IMG/VR virus record: IMGVR_UViG_3300020477_001932
Coordinates: 1-64,000 of that record
Source of the DNA: a virus
Length of the DNA: 64,000 bases
Direction: 5' to 3' (one strand)
Positions 19,937-29,172 of this stretch are shown piece by piece (position 1 is the stretch's first letter; each line of letters opens with the position of its first letter). A program made the translations under genes and the position numbers. Below the pieces are notes generated by a model that did no database searches, was not told the origin of the DNA, and worked only from the letters and a program-made list of their open reading frames with translations.

Positions 19937-20830
19937 ATGAAACTATTATTTCTATTTGCAAAGAGATTTATTGCTGGATATGACTTTGCATCTGCAATAC
20001 CAGTTATCCAAAAACTTATGGATGATGGTTATAAAGTATCAGTTGATTATCTTGGTGAGTTGAGTGAGACCGAAGAAGATTGTGAAAGAGCTTACCAGCA
20101 ATATTTAGAAATTGTAGATTACTATAAAAATAATAAAATTGATATATCCATTAAACCATCACAATTAGGTTTAAAAATTAATAAAAATCTTTGTCAAAAG
20201 TTTATGGGTGGAATTGTTGGAAAGGCTTTTAGAAATGGTTTGACTATTCGTTTAGATATGGAAGATGATTCTTTGATAGAAGATACGATAGACTTATGTT
20301 TAAGGTTGCATAAATTTTATCCGAATACTGGATGTGCGATACAAACTAATATGTATCGAACTAAAGATGATCTAACCAAATTATTACAAAATAAAGTATC
20401 TATTAGATTAGTTAAAGGTGCATATAGAGGAAATAATAAAATAGCTTATCAGAATAAGAAACAGATTGAAAATTTGTTTTTGAAACAAAGCTTACAGATA
20501 TTATCTGATCGTTGTCGTTCTTATTATCATTTAAAAGATAAAAGAACACCCATTCATGCAATAGGTACACATGATAACAATATTATTAAACAGATTATTC
20601 ATTATAGTAAAACGATTAATATTAAGAAAGAAGATTTTGATTTTGAATTTTTATATGGAATTAGAAGGGACATTCAAACAGAGCTATTAGATTCAGGCTA
20701 TAATGTTAGGCTTTATGTGCCATTCGGCCAACAATGGCTACCTTATACGCTTAGGCGGCTTAAGGAGTTTAAGAACTTAAAATTTGTATTTTTGAATATT
20801 TTTCGTGAATTTTTTTCCAAAAGACCTTGA
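19937..20830 (+). CDS. monofunctional proline dehydrogenase
   Basis: RFIAG, DYLGE, SIKPSQLG, RLDMED, RLVKGAY, GTHD, LYGIR, YVPFG..WLPY..RRLKE. Confidence 0.92.
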   Translation: MKLLFLFAKRFIAGYDFASAIPVIQKLMDDGYKVSVDYLGELSETEEDCERAYQQYLEIVDYYKNNKIDISIKPSQLGLKINKNLCQKFMGGIVGKAFRNGLTIRLDMEDDSLIEDTIDLCLRLHKFYPNTGCAIQTNMYRTKDDLTKLLQNKVSIRLVKGAYRGNNKIAYQNKKQIENLFLKQSLQILSDRCRSYYHLKDKRTPIHAIGTHDNNIIKQIIHYSKTINIKKEDFDFEFLYGIRRDIQTELLDSGYNVRLYVPFGQQWLPYTLRRLKEFKNLKFVFLNIFREFFSKRP

Positions 20831-20888
20831 CATTTGAATTTTAGATGTTATTTATATAGTAACACTAACTTTTCAAAGGAGATTTAAA

Positions 20889-21305
20889 ATGACATTTTTA
20901 ACAAAACGTAACAACCATGACTTGTTTCCAAGTTGGATGGATTTCGACCGATTCGATAATTTTTTCAATTTAGACCCATGGACAGCTGGCTTAGAACATA
21001 GACCACAGAATAAGTATCGCTGGGATGAAACTGAAGATGCTTATATGATTGATATTGTTATGCCAGGTATGACAAAGAAAGATATTGACATTACATTTAA
21101 GAATGAAATGTTGTCTATTAAATGCACTAAAGAAGTATCGGAAAAAGACCAGAGATTCTTGGGTGTAAAAACTGAACAATCTTTTAAGAATTTTCCAAGT
21201 ACGATTGACTCCAATAATATTTCAGCAGAAATGGGTGATGGGGTCTTGACTATTACATTACCAAAGAGAGAGTCGGATAAACCGAAAACTATTGACATTA
21301 GATAG
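20889..21305 (+). CDS. hsp20: small heat-shock protein (Hsp20)
   Basis: MPGMTKKDIDI and AEMGDGVLTITLPK alpha-crystallin motifs. Confidence 0.92.
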   Translation: MTFLTKRNNHDLFPSWMDFDRFDNFFNLDPWTAGLEHRPQNKYRWDETEDAYMIDIVMPGMTKKDIDITFKNEMLSIKCTKEVSEKDQRFLGVKTEQSFKNFPSTIDSNNISAEMGDGVLTITLPKRESDKPKTIDIR

Positions 21306-21312
21306 TGAACAT

Positions 21313-21337
21313 GGGGAGCCAGTCTCCCCTTTTTTTT
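21313..21337 (+). terminator. intrinsic terminator
   Basis: GGGGAG-CCAGT-CTCCCC-T8. Confidence 0.85.
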
Positions 21338-21348
21338 ATGAGGAGATT

Positions 21349-21552
21349 ATGAGTAGTGAATTTGAAATAAGTGATGATGAATTAGAAGCCATTGATAGAA
21401 CTGAATGGATTGAAAAAGTATATTATGAAGATGGAGTTAAGATAACTAGATATAAGCCTGTATGGTGGAAAGAAGGATTATCGAAAACTACATTAAGGGG
21501 AAAACCACGGAAACCAAGTTTTGGGCCGAGAACTCCGATTGAAAATTGGTAA
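21349..21552 (+). CDS. hypothetical protein
   Basis: GAGGAG SD before ATG 21349. Confidence 0.6.
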   Translation: MSSEFEISDDELEAIDRTEWIEKVYYEDGVKITRYKPVWWKEGLSKTTLRGKPRKPSFGPRTPIENW

Positions 21553-21567
21553 TTGAGAGGATATATA

Positions 21568-22539
21568 ATGGATTTAACAATATGGGCTTTACTTGGTTTT
21601 TTGTTTGCGTGTTATGCGGTAACTGCTAATGATAGTATTCAAACACTAGGAACTTATATCTCATCTAATAGAGATATTAAGTGGTATTACCAATTTACAT
21701 TTATGGGTACTATCTTTGTTGGTACAATGTTATATGGATTTGGACAATATGATCCTGCCTTTGGTAGATTAGAAAAATTCCCCAATATAGATGTTCAATG
21801 GTATCATGCAGTAGCTCCATTAATCTTGATTGGACTAACAAGATTAAAAATTCCTGTTTCAACAACATTTTTAGTTTTATCAGTATTTGCTACATCCGTA
21901 GTAATGGAAAAAATGTTATTAAAAAGTTTTCTAGGGTATGCAGTATCTTTTGTATTCGCCTTTGTTTCATGGTATCTTATTAGTAGATATGTATTAAACG
22001 AAGGTGAAAAGGGTAAAGATGAACATAATAACTATTGGAGAGCATCCCAATGGATTACTACTGGTTGGTTATGGTCAACATGGTTAAAACATGATATGGC
22101 AAATATCATGGTATTTCTTCCACGTTATCATCCAGCTGGAAATGGAACTTATGAAGCACTTGTATTGATTTCTATGTTAGCAGGTCTTGGATATATGTTT
22201 TATGAACGAGGAGGAAAAATCCAAGAAATTGTAATGTCAAAAACTAATACAAGATATGTTCGTTCAGCAACATTGATTGATCTTGTATATTGTTTTGTTC
22301 TATATTTCTTTAAAGAATTAAATAATATTCCAATGAGTACAACATTTGTTTTTATGGGAATGTTAGCTGGTAGAGAATTGGGCATTTGGGTTTGGCTTGG
22401 ATATGGAAATTTGACTTATGGTAAAGAACATAGAAAAGCAATATTTCCAATGTTATATACTGATTTTCTCCGACTAATGCTTGGACTGGCTGTTTCCGTA
22501 TCACTTGCATATGGCGTTTTTTACTCTAACTCCTTGTAA
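21568..22539 (+). CDS. polytopic membrane protein, divergent PiT/PHO4-like transporter
   Basis: About 9-10 hydrophobic helices; two repeats ANDSIQT..PVSTT and HDMANI..PMSTT resembling the PHO4 signature. Confidence 0.65.
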   Translation: MDLTIWALLGFLFACYAVTANDSIQTLGTYISSNRDIKWYYQFTFMGTIFVGTMLYGFGQYDPAFGRLEKFPNIDVQWYHAVAPLILIGLTRLKIPVSTTFLVLSVFATSVVMEKMLLKSFLGYAVSFVFAFVSWYLISRYVLNEGEKGKDEHNNYWRASQWITTGWLWSTWLKHDMANIMVFLPRYHPAGNGTYEALVLISMLAGLGYMFYERGGKIQEIVMSKTNTRYVRSATLIDLVYCFVLYFFKELNNIPMSTTFVFMGMLAGRELGIWVWLGYGNLTYGKEHRKAIFPMLYTDFLRLMLGLAVSVSLAYGVFYSNSL

Positions 22540-22628
22540 AATAGGGACTTATGAATATAATGTCTGTAAGTCCCCATTTCTAAAGGTCTCGGTCGTTTCT
22601 TTGTAAATCGTTTAAAAACAATAGTTTA
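22527..22628. promoter_or_regulatory. three imperfect TAAGTCNTT-N7-AANGACTTA palindromes (operator/IHF-like)
   Basis: 22527-22551, 22567-22591 (degenerate), 22604-22628. Confidence 0.5.
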
Positions 22629-22640
22629 CAGATACACTTT

Positions 22641-22673
22641 TTCCTTGTAATAAAACGCGCATTTTGCTATAAT
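22641..22673 (+). promoter_or_regulatory. sigma70-type promoter, TTCC family
   Basis: TTCC-TTGTAA-N17-TATAAT with TG extension. Confidence 0.8.
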
Positions 22674-22710
22674 AATAACAAAATTGAATAAAATAAGAGG
22701 CGAATATATT

Positions 22711-24981
22711 ATGGTAAAAATTGAAAGTAAAGAAAAACTAGCAAAACTACTTGCGATGGAAGATATTGACATTCAGCATCGCAATGTAAGAACCGCTATG
22801 TTTGATGTTAAGAACCGCGTTTTAACTCTGCCTGTCTGGAAAGATATGCCAAATCATTTATATGATTTATTAGTCGGCCATGAAGTTGGGCATGCTCTTT
22901 TCACTCCGAACAATGAAGAAAAGCTCACCAAGTTAATCAAGAAAACTTCTAAACATTGTGTTAATGTTGTTGAGGACGCAAGAATAGAAGCTCTGATGAA
23001 ACGAAAGTACCCCGGATTGAGAAAACAATTTTATAAGGGCTATAGTCATTTAGTTGAGCAAGACTTTTTCGGTCTTTCTAAAATGGATATTCGTCAAATT
23101 AATTTGTTGGATAAAATCAATCTTACTTTCAAAATTCCACAGACTGTAAACGGACTTATTGAGTTTAATGAGCAAGAGCAATCTTTTATTGATAGAATTG
23201 CAAAACTCAAAAAGTTTTCTGAATTGGAAAAGTTGTGCGTTGAGATTTGTAAATATATTAAAGAGAATCGCGAAGAAGATGAAAATCAAGATTCTATCTT
23301 TGATGAAGATTCACATACTTTTGTTACGGAAGAAAGTGAAGATTTGCAGGGCGAACAAATGGAAAGTGAGCCTGAGTCTGGTGAAGATGATAAAGAAGCT
23401 GAATCCGAATCCGAGTCTGGTGAATCAGATGAGGAAGATGAAGGCGAAAAAGAAGCTTCGGATTCTAAAGAAGATGAAGGCGAAGATATGGATTCTAACG
23501 CAGAAAAGCACGCTGGTTCGCCTGATTATGATGAATCGGAGTCTGATGATGAAGATTTGAAGTCCGAAACATATAAGAATTTTGAAGATAATATTAAGAA
23601 AGATTTAACAAGTTATAATCAGGATAATGTTTACGCAACAATTCCAGAGTCTATTTGTTATGATAATATCATTGACTATAAAGACGCTTGGAAGGCCTTT
23701 GATAATTATTATTCAGTAGAAGGCTGGAAAAACGCACTTGCGTCTGATGATTATAATGTAAAGACGCGATATGATTGGTATTTTAACAATAACTTTGTTG
23801 TAAAAACAAAAGAGATTTTTGATAACGCAAAACAAACTCTTAATAAGATTAAAAAAGAGTCTGTTAAAAATGTTAATCATATGGCCATGGAGTTTGAGCG
23901 AAAGAAGTGTGCAGATATTTACAAACGCACTTTACTTACTAAAACTGGTGTTCTGGACACTAACAAGTTATTTTCTGCAAAATATAATGATGATGTTTTC
24001 AGAAAAAATGTTAGAGTTCCAGAAGGCAAGAATCATGGTTTGGTTATGTTCATTGACTGGTCTGGTTCTATGGCGCAAAACATGGATGGTTGTGTTAAGC
24101 AGTTAATTGAGCTGGTTCTTTTCTGTAAGAAAGTTAATATTCCGTTTGAAGTTTATTCTTTTACGGATGTTATGACCGGCAAAGATAAGAAAAGAACATT
24201 CAACTATAAGCATGGTGATTTAATGGCTGATACTAAAGTAACTTTGAAAAATTATGTATCATCAAGAATGAAAGCGAAAGAGCTTCAAGACGCAATGTTA
24301 AACTTGGTAGTTATTTCAAACTCTATGCTTAGTGGTTATACTTCTTATCCGATTCCAGATGAGGACCGTCTTGGATATACTCCGTTGAACGGAGCAATCT
24401 TGGCTTCTGAGCATCTTATTAGAGATTTCAAAAAGTCTAATAATGTGGAAGAGGTACACGCAGTTTGGATAACAGACGGTGAAGGCAATCAATCTTATAA
24501 TCTATATAATGGTGAAACTGGTAACGGCCAGGGTGTTCATTATGAAAAAGGCTTGTTGTTACAAGATAAGAAATCTAAAAAGTCTTATAGAGTAACACGA
24601 CGCAATTTGACTCCAGCATGTTTTCAAATTGTTAAAGAGCGTCTTGGTTGTAACATTGTTGGATTTTATATAGAAGCTAATTTTGGTAAAAAGCATTTCA
24701 TGCAAAATCATTTTTGGAAGTGTAGATTTGGAAACGGTCAAGTAGAATTTTCAGCGTGGTTTGCACAAGCTAAAAAAGATGGTTTCTTTGTAAGAACGGA
24801 AAATGGTTATGATGAATATTATGTTATCTCTAACGCACCACAAAATATTAAAACTAATGAGATAACTGATAAAATGACAGCGCGTAAAATGGCGGTAGTT
24901 TTCGGCGCACAATCGACTAAATTTAAGAAAAGTCGCGTAATTTTATCGAAATTCATTGATTTAATCACAAAAAAGTTCTAA
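22711..24981 (+). CDS. metallopeptidase-like plus vWA protein (phage CobT-like)
   Basis: HEVGH and NVVEDARIE in N-domain, acidic linker, MIDAS DWSGSM, TPLN, ITDGE. Confidence 0.85.
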   Translation: MVKIESKEKLAKLLAMEDIDIQHRNVRTAMFDVKNRVLTLPVWKDMPNHLYDLLVGHEVGHALFTPNNEEKLTKLIKKTSKHCVNVVEDARIEALMKRKYPGLRKQFYKGYSHLVEQDFFGLSKMDIRQINLLDKINLTFKIPQTVNGLIEFNEQEQSFIDRIAKLKKFSELEKLCVEICKYIKENREEDENQDSIFDEDSHTFVTEESEDLQGEQMESEPESGEDDKEAESESESGESDEEDEGEKEASDSKEDEGEDMDSNAEKHAGSPDYDESESDDEDLKSETYKNFEDNIKKDLTSYNQDNVYATIPESICYDNIIDYKDAWKAFDNYYSVEGWKNALASDDYNVKTRYDWYFNNNFVVKTKEIFDNAKQTLNKIKKESVKNVNHMAMEFERKKCADIYKRTLLTKTGVLDTNKLFSAKYNDDVFRKNVRVPEGKNHGLVMFIDWSGSMAQNMDGCVKQLIELVLFCKKVNIPFEVYSFTDVMTGKDKKRTFNYKHGDLMADTKVTLKNYVSSRMKAKELQDAMLNLVVISNSMLSGYTSYPIPDEDRLGYTPLNGAILASEHLIRDFKKSNNVEEVHAVWITDGEGNQSYNLYNGETGNGQGVHYEKGLLLQDKKSKKSYRVTRRNLTPACFQIVKERLGCNIVGFYIEANFGKKHFMQNHFWKCRFGNGQVEFSAWFAQAKKDGFFVRTENGYDEYYVISNAPQNIKTNEITDKMTARKMAVVFGAQSTKFKKSRVILSKFIDLITKKF

Positions 24982-25049
24982 AGCCTTTTAAAAACAAGGA
25001 CTTGGAAGTGCATTTTTTCCTTGTATTACTTGTTGATATTTGGTATAAT
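24980..25049 (+). promoter_or_regulatory. palindromic site plus TTCC-family promoter
   Basis: AAAGCCTTT-TAAAAAC-AAGGACTTG (24980-25004), then TTCC-TTGTAT-N17-TATAAT (25017-25049). Confidence 0.75.
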
Positions 25050-25092
25050 TTACTTAACAAATGAGAATTATATAAACTAGGAGCATTATATT

Positions 25093-26355
25093 ATGACAAA
25101 CAATGAATTGAAAAACGTATTTTTGGAAAAGCTTGGTGAAAAATTTGGTAGTGATGTTTTTACTATCCAAGAAGCAAAAGACTTATTCGAGCAAGAGGGC
25201 CTCGGACAAGTTAAAAAATCTAAAGACGCATTTAGCGCTGGTTGGATTTATGTTCATACGCATATACTTTGTAAGAATAAAACTACTGATGGCTCTCGGG
25301 GAAAATATTGTTTAAATACTTCCGTTGAAAACATTAAAAAAGAGACAAAGAAATCCATTAAAAAGGACTTGGAAATTATCCAAGAGCCAGTTGTGTCTCC
25401 GGTTGTTGAAACTGAAAAAGTAGAAATGAAATCAGTCGAAGCAACGGTTATGAATCTTATTCCAAAAAAAGACCCTACTTATGTAACATTTGGTCATTTC
25501 AAAGATGTTAAATCTATCATTGAAAGTAAAATCTTTTATCCGATTTTCATTACTGGATTGTCTGGAAATGGTAAAACTTCAATGGTTCGCGAAGTGTGTG
25601 CGAAATTGAAACGCGATATGGTTCGCGTGAATATCACCGTTGAAACGGATGAGGACGATTTGCTTGGTGGCTTTCGTTTGGTAAATGGTGAAACGGTTTG
25701 GCAAGACGGACCGTTAATCGTTGCTATGAAAACTGGTGCTTTGGCATTGATTGATGAAATTGATTTGGCTTCTCATAAAATCATGTGTCTCCAGCCCATT
25801 TTGGAAGGGCAACCAATTTATCTTAAAAAGATAAACCAAGTTGTTTATCCAGCAGAAGGCTTTAACGTAGTTGCTACTGCAAACACCAAAGGCAAAGGTT
25901 CCGCTGATGGCCGTTTCATGGGGACTAACATTTTAAACGAGGCATTTCTTGATCGCTTTGCAGCGACTTTCTATCAAGAATATCCATCTACCAACGCAGA
26001 AGCGAAAATTCTTAAAAAGCAGTTTGCTTCTAAAGAAATGGTAGAGGACGATTTTGTTGATAAACTTGTTAAGTGGGCTGATGTTATTCGCAAGGCCTTC
26101 AAAGATGGTGCTGTTGATGAAATCGTTACAACGCGTCGTTTGATTGACATTGTTAAGACGTACTCTATCTTTAATAATAAGATGAAAGCAATTACAATGT
26201 GCTTGGAGCGTTTTGATGATGAAACGCGAGATTCTTTTGCGGATCTTTACACCAAAGTAGATGCTGGTGCTTCTTATGAAGAAATCGCTGGTGAAGCTGG
26301 TGTTCAGATTGAAGAAATGGAAGAAGAAAACAAAGATGATGGAGTACCTTTCTAA
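25093..26355 (+). CDS. MoxR/CbbQ-type AAA+ ATPase (phage CobS-like)
   Basis: GLSGNGKT, ETDEDDLLGG, LIDEID, TANTKGKG, NEAFLDRF, TTRRL. Confidence 0.92.
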   Translation: MTNNELKNVFLEKLGEKFGSDVFTIQEAKDLFEQEGLGQVKKSKDAFSAGWIYVHTHILCKNKTTDGSRGKYCLNTSVENIKKETKKSIKKDLEIIQEPVVSPVVETEKVEMKSVEATVMNLIPKKDPTYVTFGHFKDVKSIIESKIFYPIFITGLSGNGKTSMVREVCAKLKRDMVRVNITVETDEDDLLGGFRLVNGETVWQDGPLIVAMKTGALALIDEIDLASHKIMCLQPILEGQPIYLKKINQVVYPAEGFNVVATANTKGKGSADGRFMGTNILNEAFLDRFAATFYQEYPSTNAEAKILKKQFASKEMVEDDFVDKLVKWADVIRKAFKDGAVDEIVTTRRLIDIVKTYSIFNNKMKAITMCLERFDDETRDSFADLYTKVDAGASYEEIAGEAGVQIEEMEEENKDDGVPF

Positions 26356-26741
26356 TGAGATTTATGATTTTCATTTTAATAATATTGTATCATGTTCCGT
26401 TATCTGCATTTGAAAAACAAGATTGTGATATTATGAGATATGAAAAAGATAATATTACATTTGGTTTTAAAGCCGGTGGCCTCTTTTGGGGTATCGGTCC
26501 GGAAGTTACTTTCGGAAGTATCTCTGGTGTAGAATGGCGTGATAATCTGCAATATATGGTTGCGGAGTATCAAGAATTATGTTCCAGATATAATACTGGC
26601 AGAGTTTCTAAAGTAGAATATGATAAAGAAATTCAAACGATAATTGAAAGAAGCCGGGATTATACTTTTAAAATAAATGAGTATTTTAGAAAAAAGAAAA
26701 ATTTAATTTTTAATGAACTTGAAAGAGAGGTTTCAAAATGA
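26355..26741 (+). CDS. putative secreted protein
   Basis: Signal-peptide-like N-terminus; TAATG coupling to AAA gene. Confidence 0.65.
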   Translation: MRFMIFILIILYHVPLSAFEKQDCDIMRYEKDNITFGFKAGGLFWGIGPEVTFGSISGVEWRDNLQYMVAEYQELCSRYNTGRVSKVEYDKEIQTIIERSRDYTFKINEYFRKKKNLIFNELEREVSK

Positions 26742-27364
26742 AAAACTATATTATGATTTTCGCTACTATGTCGCTTTTAATGTTAAACGCTTGTACGGGT
26801 ATGCAAAAAATTCCGGATCCTGCACCAAAAAAACTTTCAGATTATAAACCACCTGCATGGGTATTGAAGGGGTCTGGAGCATATACTGATGCTCGTGGTA
26901 AAGCATTCTTTGGTGTCGGTTCTGCAACTGGAATCAAAAATTATTCACTACAAAGAACGGTTGCAGATGATCGAGCTCGTAGTGATTTGGCAAAAGTGTT
27001 TGAGTTTTATATTGGTTCTTTAACAAAAGATTATCAAGCACATACTACTGTTGGAAATTTCAAAGAATCAACGGAAGAGCAAAACGCTGAAGTTGCTATG
27101 AAAATTGTTGTATCACAGACTTTGCGTGGAGTTGCTATTGTTGACCATTTTGAAATTCCAGAACGTCAGGAGTTTCTATCTTTAGCACGTTTGGATTATG
27201 ATAAATTTGAGTCAAACATAGAAGCTAATGAAACATTCCAAGAATTGCCTGCAAAGGTCCGTGAAGAAATTAAAGATCGTGCAGAAAAATTGCATGAAGA
27301 ATTGGAAGAAGCTTCACGGAAACTAGCAGAAGGTAATTGTTGGAGTGGTTCTACTGATTGTTAA
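26738..27364 (+). CDS. LPP20-like lipoprotein
   Basis: Lipobox LNAC; PAWV..FFGVGSA..ADDRARSDLAK LPP20 pattern. Confidence 0.75.
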   Translation: MKNYIMIFATMSLLMLNACTGMQKIPDPAPKKLSDYKPPAWVLKGSGAYTDARGKAFFGVGSATGIKNYSLQRTVADDRARSDLAKVFEFYIGSLTKDYQAHTTVGNFKESTEEQNAEVAMKIVVSQTLRGVAIVDHFEIPERQEFLSLARLDYDKFESNIEANETFQELPAKVREEIKDRAEKLHEELEEASRKLAEGNCWSGSTDC

Positions 27365-27384
27365 TTTTTATAGAGGAATTGATT

Positions 27385-28608
27385 ATGCGATATGTACTTA
27401 CATTTATGATGTTGTTGGTTGTCTCATTTGTTGAAGCATCCCCCGCACCTGATTGGGTATTTGGAAAGGGCCACCCCTCTTATGACCCTAACCAATACCT
27501 GATGGGTGTTGGATATTCTAAAGAAAATACTGTTTCTGCAAGTGAATCAGCAAGAGCAGAATTGATTAAGAGTATTAGGGTGAAAGTCAATTCCACTCTT
27601 AAAGATTATAAGAGTAGCGAAAAATCATTTTCCGAAGCTTCCATTAGTTCGGAGAGTGATTTTCTCTTAGAGGGATCGCAAGTAAAAGATGGTTGGTATG
27701 ATGAAGAAAAAGAGATTTTTTATTCTTTAGTAGTTATTAAGAGGCAATATGTATTAGATACTCTTTCTGATTTAATTCAAAATATTGTTTCAAAGAATAG
27801 TTTAACGCTTAGACAGGCTGATACATTCTATAATAATGGCGCTATATTAAAGGCCCTTGTTTACTATTATGATGGCTATGTTGAAAGCACTAAGCTTTTT
27901 CCTTACATACAGACCTATAAAAGTGTTATAATGGAACCTACAAATCAAGTTTTGGAAGAAAATTATAATCTTTTATTTAAAGAGAAAATTCAAAATATTG
28001 TAGAACATATTGATATTGAGAAAATAGATAGCTTTGTTAAAGATAATAATGTTTCTTTAAAAGTTAAAGTTGTCCATAAAGGAAGGGGAATAGACTTTCC
28101 AATTAAATTTTATAGTGTTTATAGGCATCATGTAGAAAGAGTTTTTTGTAAAAAAGAAGGTTGTGAAACTAAAGTTTTATTTACAAGTGTTCTAAATAAA
28201 GAAAATCGTATTTTTATAAAAGCAGTTCCAGACTTGAAAACATTTGAAAAACTCTTTACTTATAATTTAAGTGAAAGGCTTTTTAATCGTATTGGTTTAC
28301 TGAATGTAGCTTTAAGAGATACATTACAAAATCAAAAAGATATAGCTGAAGAAAAACATTATGCTTATATGAATAAAGAATTAGATAAAAAAATGAGTAG
28401 AGACCCTTTTGTTCCACTTGAACGAGAAGTCCAAAATATGAGAGCTAGACAGAGGGGACAAAATAACTATGGCCCGGATTGTGAAGTAGGTTGTTTTGCA
28501 CCGCCTGTTAGAATATTTGGTGGCAGTAATAGTGGTAATATAAATTTTAATATCGGTTTTGGTAAAGGTAGAAATCGGGGTAATATTAATATCCATAAGG
28601 AGTGGTAA
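27385..28608 (+). CDS. secreted LPP20-domain protein
   Basis: Signal peptide; PDWV..YLMGVG..ASESARAELIKSI. Confidence 0.7.
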   Translation: MRYVLTFMMLLVVSFVEASPAPDWVFGKGHPSYDPNQYLMGVGYSKENTVSASESARAELIKSIRVKVNSTLKDYKSSEKSFSEASISSESDFLLEGSQVKDGWYDEEKEIFYSLVVIKRQYVLDTLSDLIQNIVSKNSLTLRQADTFYNNGAILKALVYYYDGYVESTKLFPYIQTYKSVIMEPTNQVLEENYNLLFKEKIQNIVEHIDIEKIDSFVKDNNVSLKVKVVHKGRGIDFPIKFYSVYRHHVERVFCKKEGCETKVLFTSVLNKENRIFIKAVPDLKTFEKLFTYNLSERLFNRIGLLNVALRDTLQNQKDIAEEKHYAYMNKELDKKMSRDPFVPLEREVQNMRARQRGQNNYGPDCEVGCFAPPVRIFGGSNSGNINFNIGFGKGRNRGNINIHKEW

Positions 28609-28611
28609 ATT

Positions 28612-29172
28612 ATGCCAAGAGAAATGTTGAAGTTGAGAAAAGGTGATTCGGCCATTATGATTAAAGCAGATGGTTCTATTCAAATGGCAGGGTTGAATGA
28701 TAGACCTTTGATAGATGAAAAGGGTGCAATTTCACCTTGTATTTTGTTTGCAGCTGCATGGGCAAAAAAAGATCAGAAGCTTTTAATGGATTTAGTAGAA
28801 AATTTTAAGACTTGTGTTAAAGAAGGATATTTCGGTCCTGAAGCGCAAAGTGATTATAAAGCAATGGAAGCAGCTGCAGCGTCAGCAACAACTACACAGG
28901 CTGCTTCTGGTACTGTAACAAAAGAAGCATGGAATAAACATAAAGCAGAAGAAGAACGTCTTAAAGCACTTGCTGCACAAGGACAGGATCCCCAAGTAAA
29001 ACGCCAGATGGATGCTCTTAAAGCTGGTGCAAGAAAAACTACAACAAAACCATTTGAAGGACATTTAATAAAAGATACAGCTTCTGGAGCTGTAACTGTA
29101 GGTACTGCAATTATTGAAGAACAACCTAAACCCTTAACAAGTGAAGAAGCTGTAACAAGGAGAGATTCGTAA
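28612..29172 (+). CDS. hypothetical protein (likely paralog of 38825-39622)
   Basis: KLRKGDSAIMIKADGSIQM motif; coupled to gp45. Confidence 0.7.
   Translation: MPREMLKLRKGDSAIMIKADGSIQMAGLNDRPLIDEKGAISPCILFAAAWAKKDQKLLMDLVENFKTCVKEGYFGPEAQSDYKAMEAAAASATTTQAASGTVTKEAWNKHKAEEERLKALAAQGQDPQVKRQMDALKAGARKTTTKPFEGHLIKDTASGAVTVGTAIIEEQPKPLTSEEAVTRRDS

Noticed and set aside
22527-22630. CRISPR mini-array or att site
   Set aside because: Repeats are few, degenerate and have short spacers; no cas or integrase gene; better explained as protein-binding sites
22711-26355. Cobalamin synthesis (cobS/cobT) to feed NrdJ
   Set aside because: No CobN or other cob genes; architecture fits the generic phage MoxR-vWA pair
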